IMG/VR virus record: IMGVR_UViG_3300022723_000184
Span: 137,947-201,946 of that record
DNA length: 64,000 nt
Reading direction: 5' to 3' (one strand)
From: a virus
Taxonomy: Duplodnaviria; Caudoviricetes
A program made the position numbers and the translations under genes. This document shows, piece after piece, positions 46,236 through 56,650 of this stretch. The notes under the pieces were generated by a model. The model made no database searches. It was not told where the DNA came from and saw nothing but the letters and a program-made list of their open reading frames with translations. Positions within the stretch are counted from its first letter, which is position 1. Every line of letters starts with the position of its first letter.

Positions 46236-47077
46236 CGGTGGAGGCGAAAACCTACAAGCAGGACTGCGTCCAGGGTCTGGCCCAGCGGGTGAAGGCCGGG
46301 ACTGCGAACTTCGTGTTCGCTGACCCGCCTTACAACATCGGCCAGGAGTACGACGCGTACGACGACAAGAAGGGGCGCAACGAGTACATCACCTGGTCCC
46401 GCATGTGGATCGACAAGGTGGCCGACGCCCTACACCCGCACGGGGCGTTCTGCCTGATGATCGGCGACGCGTTCGTGTCCGACATGGACATGCTTGCCCG
46501 CGAAAACAAGCTGTACAAGCGGCAGCACATCATCTGGCACTTCACGTTCGGCCAGCACAACGCGAACGGCCTGGCCCAGTCGCACGTCCACATCCTCTAC
46601 TACACCAAGCACAAGACCAAGAGGACGATGAACGTGGACGACCCTGAGGTGCGTGTGCCCTCGGCCCGCCAGCTCAAGTACAACGACAAGCGGGCTAACC
46701 CCAAAGGCAAGCCCCCGGCCTCGGTCTGGGCCCTGCTCCCTGAGCAGCTGCCCGAGGGTTTCGATCCCTGCAGCAACACTTGGCTGTTCAGCCGGATCTG
46801 TGGGACGTTCAAGGAAAAGAAGAAGGGGATGCCCAACCAGCTGCCGGTTCCGCTTGTCGAGCGGTGCGTGCGGCTGTTCAGCAATCCCGGGGATCTCGTG
46901 GTCGATCCGTTCCTGGGCACTGGGACGACGGCCGTCGCCTGCCTGAACTCGGGTCGCAACTTCGTTGGGTTCGATATCAGCGCCAAGTGTGTGAAGGTGG
47001 CAAGGGATCGGATCAAGGAAGCAGCCGGCCGGCAGGCCAGGAAGAAGGACGATGACAAAACTCTCTTTGACAGCTGA
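46232..47077 (+). CDS. N6-adenine/N4-cytosine DNA methyltransferase (beta class)
   Basis: FADPPYN precedes DPFLGTGTT. Confidence 0.9.
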   Translation: MTVEAKTYKQDCVQGLAQRVKAGTANFVFADPPYNIGQEYDAYDDKKGRNEYITWSRMWIDKVADALHPHGAFCLMIGDAFVSDMDMLARENKLYKRQHIIWHFTFGQHNANGLAQSHVHILYYTKHKTKRTMNVDDPEVRVPSARQLKYNDKRANPKGKPPASVWALLPEQLPEGFDPCSNTWLFSRICGTFKEKKKGMPNQLPVPLVERCVRLFSNPGDLVVDPFLGTGTTAVACLNSGRNFVGFDISAKCVKVARDRIKEAAGRQARKKDDDKTLFDS

Positions 47078-47381
47078 GGACTACAACAACCTGGTGGCGG
47101 GAAAGGTCGTCAAGAGGGACGGCGTTGAGATCGCTCTCCAGGACATCGGCTTTGCCAAGATGCGTTACGGCATCGACGCTGCCGAACAGTTCGCGAGCAC
47201 GGAAACCACGCGGTTCCAGACGATCGGCATCGACCACGGTGCTCCGGATGGCGAAAGGGGCGGCCGGATGGTCGCGTGCCCCTGCGGCCAGGTCACGGGG
47301 ATCGATCGACTGCACGCGCTGAACATGATCAACGGTCAGACCGTGACGTGTCCGGCTTGCGGCAAGACCGGCAGCATCTAA
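47052..47381 (+). CDS. Small zinc-ribbon protein
   Basis: CPCG and CPACG. Confidence 0.6.
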   Translation: MTKLSLTAEDYNNLVAGKVVKRDGVEIALQDIGFAKMRYGIDAAEQFASTETTRFQTIGIDHGAPDGERGGRMVACPCGQVTGIDRLHALNMINGQTVTCPACGKTGSI

Positions 47382-47393
47382 AAAGTACTTTTT
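47380..47393. promoter_or_regulatory. Palindrome AAAAAGTACTTTTT (copy 5)
   Basis: Overlaps the TAA stop; 13 nt before ATG 47407. Confidence 0.6.
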
Positions 47394-47406
47394 GAAAGGC
47401 AGGGCG

Positions 47407-48636
47407 ATGCAGTACGCCATTTACAACAAGGATCCCGACGGCAACCCCGTGGACCGCGTGGAGAACCCGGAGGGCGGCGAGCTGGTCTTCGACGAGTACG
47501 AGGCGGCAACGGCCTGGTTGGTCGAGGCCGCCCGGACCAAAAAGATCCCGCTCAAAGTCGCCGGTTACTCGATCCAGTGCGTCGACAGCGAGGGCAACCT
47601 TGTCGAGGCGGTGCCCGAGGGCGACGCCAAGGCCGCCGGGAACCAGGCCAACGAGCTGCTGGCCTCTAACAAGGACGTGCGGCAGGCAGTGGCCACCATG
47701 ATCGCCGGCCGCCAGATGTACGCCGTGGCCGTCACCGAGCTGGAGAGGGTGCTGGACAAGCTGGAGGACGTCCACCCGTTGGTGGCCGACGTCCTGGTCC
47801 AGACGGCGGCCCAGACCGCGTCCGAGCCCTTCGACGAGACGATCTTGTTCCAGGGCCTGGTCGAGACCGTGTTTCCCTGGATGCAGGAGGTTTGCAAGAA
47901 GCACACCGACGAAGAGGTCGAAGAGCGAAAGGCCGAGGCCCAGGTCAACGAGGACCGTCGCCGCAAGTGCAGAGTCCCGATCGGCGTGTACCTGGACCGA
48001 GGCCAAGACGAGTACTTGACCCGCGGCACGCACGTGGTGTTCGTCGGTTACGGCCCGGCCATCCGGGTGGTGCTCGACCACATCACGACCCGGACCCTTG
48101 CCGCGGTTTCCGACGAACACCCCAACGCCGTTTTTACCGTCCTACGCCTCGCCGACAAGGCGACCAAGGAAGACGCCCACGAGCGGCTGGTCCGGTTGGG
48201 TAAGGGCGACTGGGAGGACTGCGCCAAGAACGGCAAGTCGTTCCCCCGCCTCGTCGGTGAGAAGATCCTGCCGATGCTGCCGGCGATGCCCGACCTGTTG
48301 GTGTGCGACGACATGGCGCACGCTCACACCGGCATCCACAACTCCCGGGAAACGACCCGGGCCAACGAGACCCTTCGCCGCCTGGGCAAGTGGTCGAGCG
48401 ACGACGCCGGGTGTGCGTTCGTCGGGGCCATCCCGCTCAATAGCAAGGCCCCGCCCGTGCTTATGGGCTCTGAATGGGAGAGGCTTAAGGCCCATTCCGT
48501 CATCCGACCGGTCACCGTGACCACGGACGGCGTGGAGGAGGGCAAAGCCAAGATCACGATCGGCCGCGACGCTTTCGAGCTGGTGGTCGACCAAGAGCTG
48601 TTGCAGGGCAAGAACAAGATCGTTCTGTCCGACTAG
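47407..48636 (+). CDS. Hypothetical protein
   Basis: 409 aa; LLVCDD could be a degenerate Walker B. Confidence 0.65.
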   Translation: MQYAIYNKDPDGNPVDRVENPEGGELVFDEYEAATAWLVEAARTKKIPLKVAGYSIQCVDSEGNLVEAVPEGDAKAAGNQANELLASNKDVRQAVATMIAGRQMYAVAVTELERVLDKLEDVHPLVADVLVQTAAQTASEPFDETILFQGLVETVFPWMQEVCKKHTDEEVEERKAEAQVNEDRRRKCRVPIGVYLDRGQDEYLTRGTHVVFVGYGPAIRVVLDHITTRTLAAVSDEHPNAVFTVLRLADKATKEDAHERLVRLGKGDWEDCAKNGKSFPRLVGEKILPMLPAMPDLLVCDDMAHAHTGIHNSRETTRANETLRRLGKWSSDDAGCAFVGAIPLNSKAPPVLMGSEWERLKAHSVIRPVTVTTDGVEEGKAKITIGRDAFELVVDQELLQGKNKIVLSD

Positions 48637-48644
48637 GAGAGATC

Positions 48645-49313
48645 ATGCCTCAGAAGCTGATCATTGCTTACCGTACTCGACCGGCCGAGGTCGAGGTTCC
48701 GATGCCCACGTTCAAGGCCCCGTCCCAGTACAAGGCCCAGGACAAGATCGACGCGTACATCGCGGACAAAGAGGCGGCCTTCCTCGCCTCGCTGAAGGAC
48801 AAGCCGTACACCGGGACCTTCGACGAGGTGAAGATCTTCGACACGGGCCATGAGGAGATGGTGACCTACAAGTACCGGGCGCCGGACAGCGACAAGCCGC
48901 CGGTCTGCCTCGCCATCCGCGACTGGCTGCTCAAGCGGTACCCGAAGGCCTGGCCCAACTCCACCAACTTCAAGGGCCTGCCCGAGGCCGTGTTCATCGG
49001 GTTCAACCCCAGGCTGTTCGTGAAGATGTTGGGCATCGAGTGCAGCCTGCCCGAGAACCAGCCGATGAAGGAGGGCGAGCGGGACCCGTCGAAGACCAAC
49101 GCGCTGCCCCTGTCCATGTGGTACGGCCAGTCCGACTACCGGGACATCGAGGAGGCGGCCAAGCCCAAGGAGTTCGACCTGAGCTGGGAGATCGTGCTCG
49201 GCGCCCGCGGCCTGAGCTTCCCGGGCTGGGCGGGACCGGGCACGGACCCTGAGACGGATCTCAAGATCGCCATCGAACTGGCCAGCCAGCTGGGGATGCT
49301 GACGGAGGCCTGA
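48645..49313 (+). CDS. Hypothetical protein
   Basis: 222 aa, AGGAG RBS. Confidence 0.65.
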   Translation: MPQKLIIAYRTRPAEVEVPMPTFKAPSQYKAQDKIDAYIADKEAAFLASLKDKPYTGTFDEVKIFDTGHEEMVTYKYRAPDSDKPPVCLAIRDWLLKRYPKAWPNSTNFKGLPEAVFIGFNPRLFVKMLGIECSLPENQPMKEGERDPSKTNALPLSMWYGQSDYRDIEEAAKPKEFDLSWEIVLGARGLSFPGWAGPGTDPETDLKIAIELASQLGMLTEA

Positions 49314-49999
49314 TGGCGGACGACCCGCAACAAGAAGGGTTCTCGGGGCAGGCACGCCGGATCATTGGCGAGCCGATCGAGAAGTACGAGATGAAGTTCG
49401 GCGCCGCCGAGGGCCTTTACAGGTTCACGGACCAGGTGCGGTTCTTCACCCCGGCCCTTCTGTATTTGCACGGGCGGTTCACGGACGAACCGCTCGTGCA
49501 ATTTTGCGACGAGCAGGACATCGACCTGCAACTCATGCACCGCCGGTTCGAGCAGCCGATCTTCCAGGGCCTACACACCCCGGACGGCGACCCCGACTGG
49601 AACTACGTGCTGTGGGGTGTGGTCGATGAACACTACGAGCGGTTGGAGAACTACATGCTCTCCATTACGCTGACCGACGCCAACAGCGGCTGGGTGTCCC
49701 GGGTTGGTGCCGCTGACCTGGAGATCGTCGACCCGCTGTGGTTGGACAGAAACAGGCTGATCACGCCGACGGCCCCCCGCATCCCTGCGGTGGCCTGGGG
49801 CGTCGATAGCACGGCAGGTGCTCTGTCTCTGGAGGCTCCCCCCGGTGAGGTGTACGAACTACCTCGCCTCAAGCGGCATCCTCCACAGCCAGAGACCCTG
49901 GCGTTCGCCGAGGCCCTGAGGACAGGGCGTAACCCGTTGGCCGCGAGAGAAGCATCTCTCCGCGAGCAAGAAGGAGCAGACGATGCGAGTGATACTTGA
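49313..49999 (+). CDS. Hypothetical protein
   Basis: 228 aa, TGATG overlap. Confidence 0.65.
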   Translation: MADDPQQEGFSGQARRIIGEPIEKYEMKFGAAEGLYRFTDQVRFFTPALLYLHGRFTDEPLVQFCDEQDIDLQLMHRRFEQPIFQGLHTPDGDPDWNYVLWGVVDEHYERLENYMLSITLTDANSGWVSRVGAADLEIVDPLWLDRNRLITPTAPRIPAVAWGVDSTAGALSLEAPPGEVYELPRLKRHPPQPETLAFAEALRTGRNPLAAREASLREQEGADDASDT

Positions 50000-50270
50000 G
50001 CCGTGCCCCGGCGCCGTGATTACGGGGAAGGACAAAGAGGGCAACGAGGTTCAGTTGGAGAGCGTGGCGGTCACGCCGTTCTTCTCCAGCGCCCAGGGCC
50101 ATGGTGGCGTGGTGCTTGGAAAGGCCATAACCCAGCAGGGCAAGGCCGTCGACTCGTTCATGATCCGGGCCAGCGGGACTACGGGCAAGATTACGAAGGG
50201 CGAGCGGCCCAGCGGCAAGAGCGTGATTCCGGCGGTCGACAAGCCGAGCAGCAAGGACCCTGGCAAGTGA
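49983..50270 (+). CDS. Hypothetical protein
   Basis: 95 aa, AGGAG RBS. Confidence 0.6.
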   Translation: MRVILEPCPGAVITGKDKEGNEVQLESVAVTPFFSSAQGHGGVVLGKAITQQGKAVDSFMIRASGTTGKITKGERPSGKSVIPAVDKPSSKDPGK

Positions 50271-50677
50271 GCGGCATCGTTCCTTCCAGGCTATACCGCG
50301 TGAAGGTGTTCGAGTCCCGCGAGCGATTTTCGTGGGACGGCACGAACGAGGGCTGGATCAGGGACAAGCGGTCGGACGCTATCCTTGAGCACCAGATCAA
50401 CGAGTGGATCAGCGAGACCAAGGCCCTGGTCGTTGGAACCGGGCCCATGAATCTGGTTACGCACCCCACGGACAAACGGACTCGGTACGAGTTGAGATCA
50501 GTGGCTATCATTTACGTGCCACCAGTGGAGCAGGGCGATCATGTCTACGGAGAGCAACCGAAAAAGCAAGGACAGGGCCAGCAAGTTCGTCAGCAGCCTG
50601 AGCCCGGCAGCGCAATGCCAACTCGCCGGGTCAGCGACGGCCACCTCGGCGGCGGGGGACGGTCGGCGGGCGGCTGA
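50267..50677 (+). CDS. Hypothetical protein
   Basis: GTGA overlap start; MSGIVPSRLYRVKVFES. Confidence 0.45.
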   Translation: MSGIVPSRLYRVKVFESRERFSWDGTNEGWIRDKRSDAILEHQINEWISETKALVVGTGPMNLVTHPTDKRTRYELRSVAIIYVPPVEQGDHVYGEQPKKQGQGQQVRQQPEPGSAMPTRRVSDGHLGGGGRSAGG

Positions 50678-51167
50678 GAAGTTGATGGCCGGGCTCCCAG
50701 AGGCCACGAGGCTCGCCCTTGAGGCGGCAGAGCCCCAGGAGTTCGAGCTGCCCGAGGACACGGTGCCCGGTTTCTGTATGGTCGAGTGTCACGAGGGTGA
50801 GTTCCCGCTGCTCCGGATCTTCGCCACCCTCGAAGGCCTGGTCGCTCGCATGGCCAAGTTGGAGGGTCAGGACGTTACGGTCCATCCGTTTTGGGGAATT
50901 CCTCTACCCTTCAGCACGGCCCCTAACCGGGTGCTTCTGTTGCCCGGGGACAAGGCGATCGGCATCAACAAGTCGCAGAGGCCGGTGGACGTCAGTGAAA
51001 AGACCCTGGAGGTCCAGGAGGACTGTTTCCTGGGCATGCCCGAGCTTTCGATTGCACCGCCCAGCTATATCAAGGAAGATGCGGCCAGGGCGGAGGCCTT
51101 GGCCGCTGCTGCCGACGCGGACGATACGTTCGACGATGACGACGAAACTTTATCGTCACCTAAATAA
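50541..51167 (+). CDS. Hypothetical protein
   Basis: 208 aa, acidic C terminus. Confidence 0.6.
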   Translation: MSTESNRKSKDRASKFVSSLSPAAQCQLAGSATATSAAGDGRRAAEKLMAGLPEATRLALEAAEPQEFELPEDTVPGFCMVECHEGEFPLLRIFATLEGLVARMAKLEGQDVTVHPFWGIPLPFSTAPNRVLLLPGDKAIGINKSQRPVDVSEKTLEVQEDCFLGMPELSIAPPSYIKEDAARAEALAAAADADDTFDDDDETLSSPK

Positions 51168-51407
51168 CGGCTCAAAACGCGTCAAAATACATGCAGGCAA
51201 CTTAGCCTGCTCAATCAGGACCCCGGAAGGCTCCGTCGGGCATTTCTGCTCGGCGGGGTCTTTTTCTTTTCACATCCATGGAACAGACCCAGTACCAGAT
51301 GAGCCGACCTTCGGGTCACCTGAGACGGGACCGGTCTGTTCCCTGGATCTGAACCACGTGGCGGCCGGAGCCGCCGAAACAAGACACCTCTCAAGTAGGA
51401 GAACGTC

Positions 51408-53024
51408 ATGGGAAAACCTTTCATCCAACGCCGTCCGAAGACTCCGCGGCACCTGCAGTGGGACAAGCTCAAGAAGGCCCGTTCCAAGGTCCGCATGGAC
51501 GAGGTCCAGTTCTCGGGGTTCCTCGGGTTCTCGGCCATCCTCGATGACCCGACGACCAACCTCGACCGGCTCGTGCCTTCCGACCAGATCAGGTTCGCCT
51601 GCGTCCGGTACACGAAGGTGGGTGCCTTCCCCAACCTCGGCAAGCCTAAGGAAGGCCACCTGGCCTCCTACGGTCGTGCGCGGCTCGCCTACAACATGCC
51701 CCTCATCGATCTGACCGATGCCAGGAACCTCGTGAACTTCCGGGACCGCCCGGACAGTGAGCTGAGGGGCCACCCGGTTTCCCAGTACGACAACCTGCTG
51801 AACCACGAGCTGTACGATCGTGAGTTCGGTGTCTACAACGCCATGGTGGCCGACGTCGACCGCCGGGCCTTTTGCGGCGTGGACTCCAAGGGCAAGCCCA
51901 TTCGCCCTTCATGGTTTTACCGTCGTCCCAAAAACCTCAAGGACAAGATCAAGATCGAACATCGCCCCGAGGTCAACATCGAGGCGTTCGTCGGCGTGGA
52001 CCGTGACGATCTGGATCTGCTCTACAACATGGCGACCGAGAAGTCAGTGGACCGTCAGCTGCGGTATGCCTGCCCCAAGTGCAACGCCAAGCACCGGGCC
52101 GAGGAGTTCACCCGCCGCAAGTTCAAGACCCAGTGGTTCGAGGACGGCAACTTCGTGGCCACGTGCTCCAAGTGCCGGACGCGGCGGAAGTATTTCGTCG
52201 ACAACGCCCTGCCCGAGCGGGAGCACCGCTCGTTCAACATGGCGTTCAAAATCGGGTTCTGCGAGTGGGTGGCCGCCGGCGGCCCGTTCGTGATGCGCCA
52301 CTACGCCAAGTACGTCGAGTCATGTGACGTGCCGGGCGAGTGCTACGGGCCCGACCTCACGATGCACGGGTTCACCGACGGCGACCTGGAGTACGACATC
52401 TTCATGCCGCCCAAGATCGCACCCCACTTCGAGCCGGGGATGCTGATGCGGCCTGGCGACGTGTTCGCCAACGTCGTGACGCTCTCCAGCGAGAAGCTCA
52501 GGGCCTGGGCCAAGCAGTCGCTCAAGGACCGCTGGCTCAGCCTGCCCGATGTGTTCGGCGGTAAGGACATGCTCGGCTTCGTCCAGAAGCTGTGGTTCGA
52601 CAACCAGGCGACGCCTGTCGACACCGGCAGCGGCCGGCACGTTTACGCCTTCCCCACCTCGCTGATCGGTCAGGCCGCCGGTAAGATCCGGACCCACGGC
52701 CTGTGGTGGGATCTGAGCGCGGCCAAGAAACATCTGCGTCCGGAGCTGGGGGCGATCGTCTTCCCCTCGATTCGGATCAAGCAGTGGGACCAGTTCCAGG
52801 TGGACCTGCCCGGGCAGATCCGTCTGGATGCTCGGGTCGATGACCCGAGATTCGATCCGGAGTGCACCATGCTCGACGAGATCAAGAAGGAGCAGGCGCG
52901 TCGTCACCGCCCCAAGCGGGACCGCAACAAGCCCAACACCAAGGACAACGAGGTGGTGGGCTTGACCGACGACGGCACGCATGAAGTCGTGGAACTCGGC
53001 GGCGGTTACAAGAAGGCCGACTGA
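51408..53024 (+). CDS. Hypothetical protein with a zinc ribbon
   Basis: 538 aa, AGGAG RBS, CPKC...CSKC. Confidence 0.75.
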   Translation: MGKPFIQRRPKTPRHLQWDKLKKARSKVRMDEVQFSGFLGFSAILDDPTTNLDRLVPSDQIRFACVRYTKVGAFPNLGKPKEGHLASYGRARLAYNMPLIDLTDARNLVNFRDRPDSELRGHPVSQYDNLLNHELYDREFGVYNAMVADVDRRAFCGVDSKGKPIRPSWFYRRPKNLKDKIKIEHRPEVNIEAFVGVDRDDLDLLYNMATEKSVDRQLRYACPKCNAKHRAEEFTRRKFKTQWFEDGNFVATCSKCRTRRKYFVDNALPEREHRSFNMAFKIGFCEWVAAGGPFVMRHYAKYVESCDVPGECYGPDLTMHGFTDGDLEYDIFMPPKIAPHFEPGMLMRPGDVFANVVTLSSEKLRAWAKQSLKDRWLSLPDVFGGKDMLGFVQKLWFDNQATPVDTGSGRHVYAFPTSLIGQAAGKIRTHGLWWDLSAAKKHLRPELGAIVFPSIRIKQWDQFQVDLPGQIRLDARVDDPRFDPECTMLDEIKKEQARRHRPKRDRNKPNTKDNEVVGLTDDGTHEVVELGGGYKKAD

Positions 53025-53054
53025 ACGACAACGAATAACCCCTGGAGGAGGGGT

Positions 53055-53088
53055 GGGTAGGGGCCTTCGGGCCCCTACCCCTTTTTTT
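53055..53088 (+). terminator. Rho-independent terminator
   Basis: GGGTAGGGGCC-TTCG-GGCCCCTACCC-C-T7. Confidence 0.88.
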
Positions 53089-53139
53089 AGCTATCAAAAG
53101 CACTTATACTTCTTCAGACCTTTTTTGAAGGAAATTGTC

Positions 53140-54444
53140 ATGACTCAGGTTCCTGCTGTGCCCCCCGGCGCCGCCTCGTGGTGGAAAGGGGGAACTGGGG
53201 AACCGCCGACCGTTGCGCACACTCCCAACCCTGCTGCGTATCACATGGCTGATTCGCGACAGGTCGAGCGTGGCGGTACAGGCACGGTGATCCCGCGTGC
53301 CAGGAACGACGGCGGCTCCATGGGATTTGACGGGACGAAGCCGGGCATCGTGCATGTGGACCCGGACGCACCGGACGGCGGGGCCCGGGTCGACCTGACC
53401 AGGCTCCAGAAGGCCGACCTCCAGAAGGCCCTGTCCGAGTCCAGCGACCCTCACGAGGTTTATTACAAGATCAGCACGGGCCCCGCCCCGAAGCCGGTAG
53501 CCGCACCGCCCACGACACGGGCCGCCTCGCTCCCGGTCAACCCGGTAATGCCCGGCAGCTACGTGACGCCGGCGGCGAACACCGACGGCACGCAGATCGC
53601 CCCGCAGCCCGGCAACCAGACGCTGGGCTTCCAGGCTCCGGTCGCCTCGCCGGCCGTCGCCCCACTCCATCAGGAGGAACCCATGTCCCAGGCGCCGACC
53701 ACCCCGCAACCCGTACTCGAACCGGCGCCGGCCGTGGCCCCTCAGACCACAACGCTGCCCCCGGTCCAGAACACCTCGCCGCCGCCCCAGCCCGTGGCGT
53801 CGCCTGCCCCTGCCCCTGCCCCTGCCCCTGCCCCTGCCCCTGCCCCGCCGGTCGACTACGGCCTGATCGGTCATATGATCAAGCAGGCCGTGGCCGAGGC
53901 CGTGCCCGCGGCTCAGCCCATGACCCCGGCACCGCCCGTCCCGCCGCCCTCGGCCCCCGAGGGCCTGCCTTCGGCTGCCGCCCCGCCCACCGGGCCAGCC
54001 GTGCAACCGGTCGAGGACTGGCAGCGGTTCGGCCAGGAGCAGGAGCAACAGCAGCGGCCGGCACCGGCCAAGCCCGGACCACTGCTCGACCTGGCCGAGA
54101 TCCTCAAGATGCCGTTCCTCGGTGAACGGGCCAAGAAGCCAAGCGAACAGATCATTGTCGAGCTGGGCGGTTCGGCCGGAAGCATGAATACCCGGTACCA
54201 TGCCGTGGTCGATGGTGGCGGGTGCCTGGCCCTGGTCTACGACACGCGTTACGAGGAAGGGATGCAGTGGGCTCCGCCTGATCTGGGCGACCAGGCGATC
54301 AAAGTCCACTGCCCTTCGAGGGACAAATCCTTTACCATCTCGTCCATGGGCATGCAGTTCGCTCTCGGAGTGCTCGACATCATTGTCCTGATCAAGCACG
54401 ATGAGGCGGATCAGACGCTGCCGCCTCCGCCGCCCCAGATGTGA
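53140..54444 (+). CDS. Proline-rich protein with folded terminal domains
   Basis: ATG 53140 after GAAGGA; long P/A-rich linker. Confidence 0.65.
   Translation: MTQVPAVPPGAASWWKGGTGEPPTVAHTPNPAAYHMADSRQVERGGTGTVIPRARNDGGSMGFDGTKPGIVHVDPDAPDGGARVDLTRLQKADLQKALSESSDPHEVYYKISTGPAPKPVAAPPTTRAASLPVNPVMPGSYVTPAANTDGTQIAPQPGNQTLGFQAPVASPAVAPLHQEEPMSQAPTTPQPVLEPAPAVAPQTTTLPPVQNTSPPPQPVASPAPAPAPAPAPAPAPPVDYGLIGHMIKQAVAEAVPAAQPMTPAPPVPPPSAPEGLPSAAAPPTGPAVQPVEDWQRFGQEQEQQQRPAPAKPGPLLDLAEILKMPFLGERAKKPSEQIIVELGGSAGSMNTRYHAVVDGGGCLALVYDTRYEEGMQWAPPDLGDQAIKVHCPSRDKSFTISSMGMQFALGVLDIIVLIKHDEADQTLPPPPPQM
53803..53844 (+). repeat. (CCTGCC)7 microsatellite encoding (PA)7
   Basis: Seven exact hexamer copies. 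Confidence 0.9.
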
Positions 54445-54461
54445 CGAGCAAGGAGTCCGGC

Positions 54462-54641
54462 ATGATCGAGAAAACCGGTGACATCAGCTCCCAGACCCCT
54501 CATCCCGAGGAGCCTGGCGAGAAGCAGGGCCAGGACGCTGCGGCCAAGCAGGCCCCGTCCACGCCCGTGGAGGCGGATAAGATGGAGGACGGGGCCATGA
54601 CCCGGGTCTCCGACGCGGCTGCCAAGGCGTCCAAGGACTGA
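54462..54641 (+). CDS. Small hypothetical protein
   Basis: 59 aa, AAGGAG RBS. Confidence 0.5.
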   Translation: MIEKTGDISSQTPHPEEPGEKQGQDAAAKQAPSTPVEADKMEDGAMTRVSDAAAKASKD

Positions 54642-54673
54642 GCACGGAAGCACGCTGATTCAAGGACAATTGC

Positions 54674-56596
54674 ATGGCAAACGTAGGGCTCCGTCAGCAG
54701 TTTTCAAAGTTCTCGGGTTCCAGCAACGCCGAGCACTTTCCTGATCCCTTCGTCGACGTGGCCACCCTGGCCATGCCCCAGTCCCTGCGCAACGCGCTGC
54801 AGTGGGCAGAGTACATCTGGAACGTCAACGGCACGTACCGGATGGCGATGGAACGAATCATCTCCTACTTCCTGACGGACGTGGAGGTCGAGGACGCCAG
54901 CGACGAGGAACGCGACAAGTACAAAGAGTTCCTCGGCGACACGATGAACATCATGACGGAGTTGCAGAACGCGCTCCGCAACCGGCTATGCTACGGCAAC
55001 AACTTCACCAGCCTGCTCATCCCCTTCAAACGATTCCTTACCTGCCCGAAGTGCTACAGCAGCTTCCCGCTCAAGACGGTCCACAACACGCCGGTCTTCC
55101 GATTCAGGTGGGACGCCTTCAAGTTCTCGGCCAACTGCCCCAAGTGCCAGTACAGCGGGGCGTGGAAGGTCGACGACAAGCCGGGTGACGAAGAGAAAGA
55201 CCTGAAGATCAAGCACTGGTCTCCCCACGAGATCGAGATGCTGCACGATCACTACACCGACGAGGTCAGCTACCTGTGGCGGATCCCGGAGGACTACAAG
55301 CAGCAGGTGCGCAAGGGCAACCTGTTCCACCTGGAGCGGTCACCGCTGCCCGTGCTCGAAGCGATCAAGCACAACCAGATGTTCCGGTTCAACGACGACG
55401 TCATCTTCCACATGAAGGAGCCGATGCTCGCCGGCACCAGGAACCGCGGCTGGGGCCTGCCCCGGACGCTCACCAACTTCAGGCAGATCTGGTACGTGCA
55501 GGTCCTGCACCGGTACAACGAGGCCATCGCCCTCGACTATGTGATCCCGTTCCGCCTGATCACCCCGGCGCCCCGGGGCGGCAGCGGCATGGGCGGCGGC
55601 CAGGGCCAAGACCCGCTGATGACTTTCAACATGGGCGACATGCGTTCGCAGATCCAGTCGATGCTCCGTCGCCGCCGGCGTGACCCGGCCAGCTGGCAGA
55701 TGCTGCCGTTCCCCGTCCAGTACCAGATGCTGGGCGGCGACGCGAACCAACTGGCGCCCAAGGATCTAATGGACCAGGGCATGGAGCAGCTGCTCAACGA
55801 TGCGGGCACCCCCGTCGAACTGTACAAGGGCAGCCTCCAGCTCCAGTCGGCCCCGGTGGCCCTTCGGCTGTTCGAGAGCACGTGGCACCACCTGGTGCAC
55901 GAGGCCAACATGTTCCTTCAGTGGATCGGCCGTCAGGTCAGTCAGATCCTGAGCTGGGAGGACGTCTCGCTCAAGTTGCAGCGCGTGACGATCGCCGACG
56001 ACATGAACAAGCAGATGGCCGCCCTCCAGCTGATGATGGGTCAGCAGCTCTCGGGCACCAGCGGCCTGCGGGCCCTGGGCTTCGACTGGGATACCGAGCA
56101 ACAGCGGATGGCCGAAGAGGCCCGCCGCCAGCAGGAGCTGCAGGCCCGGATGCAGGAGGAGATGGAGCAGGCTGGCTTTGCCCAGCAACTGGCCAAGGGC
56201 ATGGCGGGCGGCGCACCGGCCGGTGGCGATCCCGCTGCAGCTGGCGGCGCTCCTCCGGCCGGCGGCGATCCGGCTGCTGCGGGCGGCGATCCGGCTGCTG
56301 CGGGCGGCGATCCGGCGATGGCCGGCATGGGCCAGGGCCCCGTCACCAGTTACCTGGAGCAGATGAGCCCAAGCACCCCGCAGACGCCCGAGGACATGAT
56401 GGCCGCGGCCGAGACCATCGCCCAACAGATGCTCGGGCTGCCCGAGGGTGTCAAGGACAGCGAGCTGCGGAAGCTCAAGCAGAAGAACGAGGTCCTCCAC
56501 TCGCTGGTCAGGTCGAAGATGGACCAGATCCGGAACAGCGCCCGCATGCAGGGCGGCGCCATGCTGATGGGTCAGGGTGGCGGAGCACCGATGTAA
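54674..56596 (+). CDS. Probable portal protein
   Basis: 640 aa, helical Met/Gln-rich C terminus with GGDPAAA repeats, size typical of large-phage portals; no diagnostic motif. Confidence 0.5.
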   Translation: MANVGLRQQFSKFSGSSNAEHFPDPFVDVATLAMPQSLRNALQWAEYIWNVNGTYRMAMERIISYFLTDVEVEDASDEERDKYKEFLGDTMNIMTELQNALRNRLCYGNNFTSLLIPFKRFLTCPKCYSSFPLKTVHNTPVFRFRWDAFKFSANCPKCQYSGAWKVDDKPGDEEKDLKIKHWSPHEIEMLHDHYTDEVSYLWRIPEDYKQQVRKGNLFHLERSPLPVLEAIKHNQMFRFNDDVIFHMKEPMLAGTRNRGWGLPRTLTNFRQIWYVQVLHRYNEAIALDYVIPFRLITPAPRGGSGMGGGQGQDPLMTFNMGDMRSQIQSMLRRRRRDPASWQMLPFPVQYQMLGGDANQLAPKDLMDQGMEQLLNDAGTPVELYKGSLQLQSAPVALRLFESTWHHLVHEANMFLQWIGRQVSQILSWEDVSLKLQRVTIADDMNKQMAALQLMMGQQLSGTSGLRALGFDWDTEQQRMAEEARRQQELQARMQEEMEQAGFAQQLAKGMAGGAPAGGDPAAAGGAPPAGGDPAAAGGDPAAAGGDPAMAGMGQGPVTSYLEQMSPSTPQTPEDMMAAAETIAQQMLGLPEGVKDSELRKLKQKNEVLHSLVRSKMDQIRNSARMQGGAMLMGQGGGAPM

Positions 56597-56650
56597 CGCT
56601 AGATTACATGGGCTTGCGATGCACGGAGGCAAAGCGGCAGGGAAAGACGA

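Noticed and set aside
51205-51330. Scattered CCTGCTCA, GATGAG and TGAGAC pieces resembling the CRISPR repeat
   Set aside because: Wrong spacing and order; no repeat stem can form
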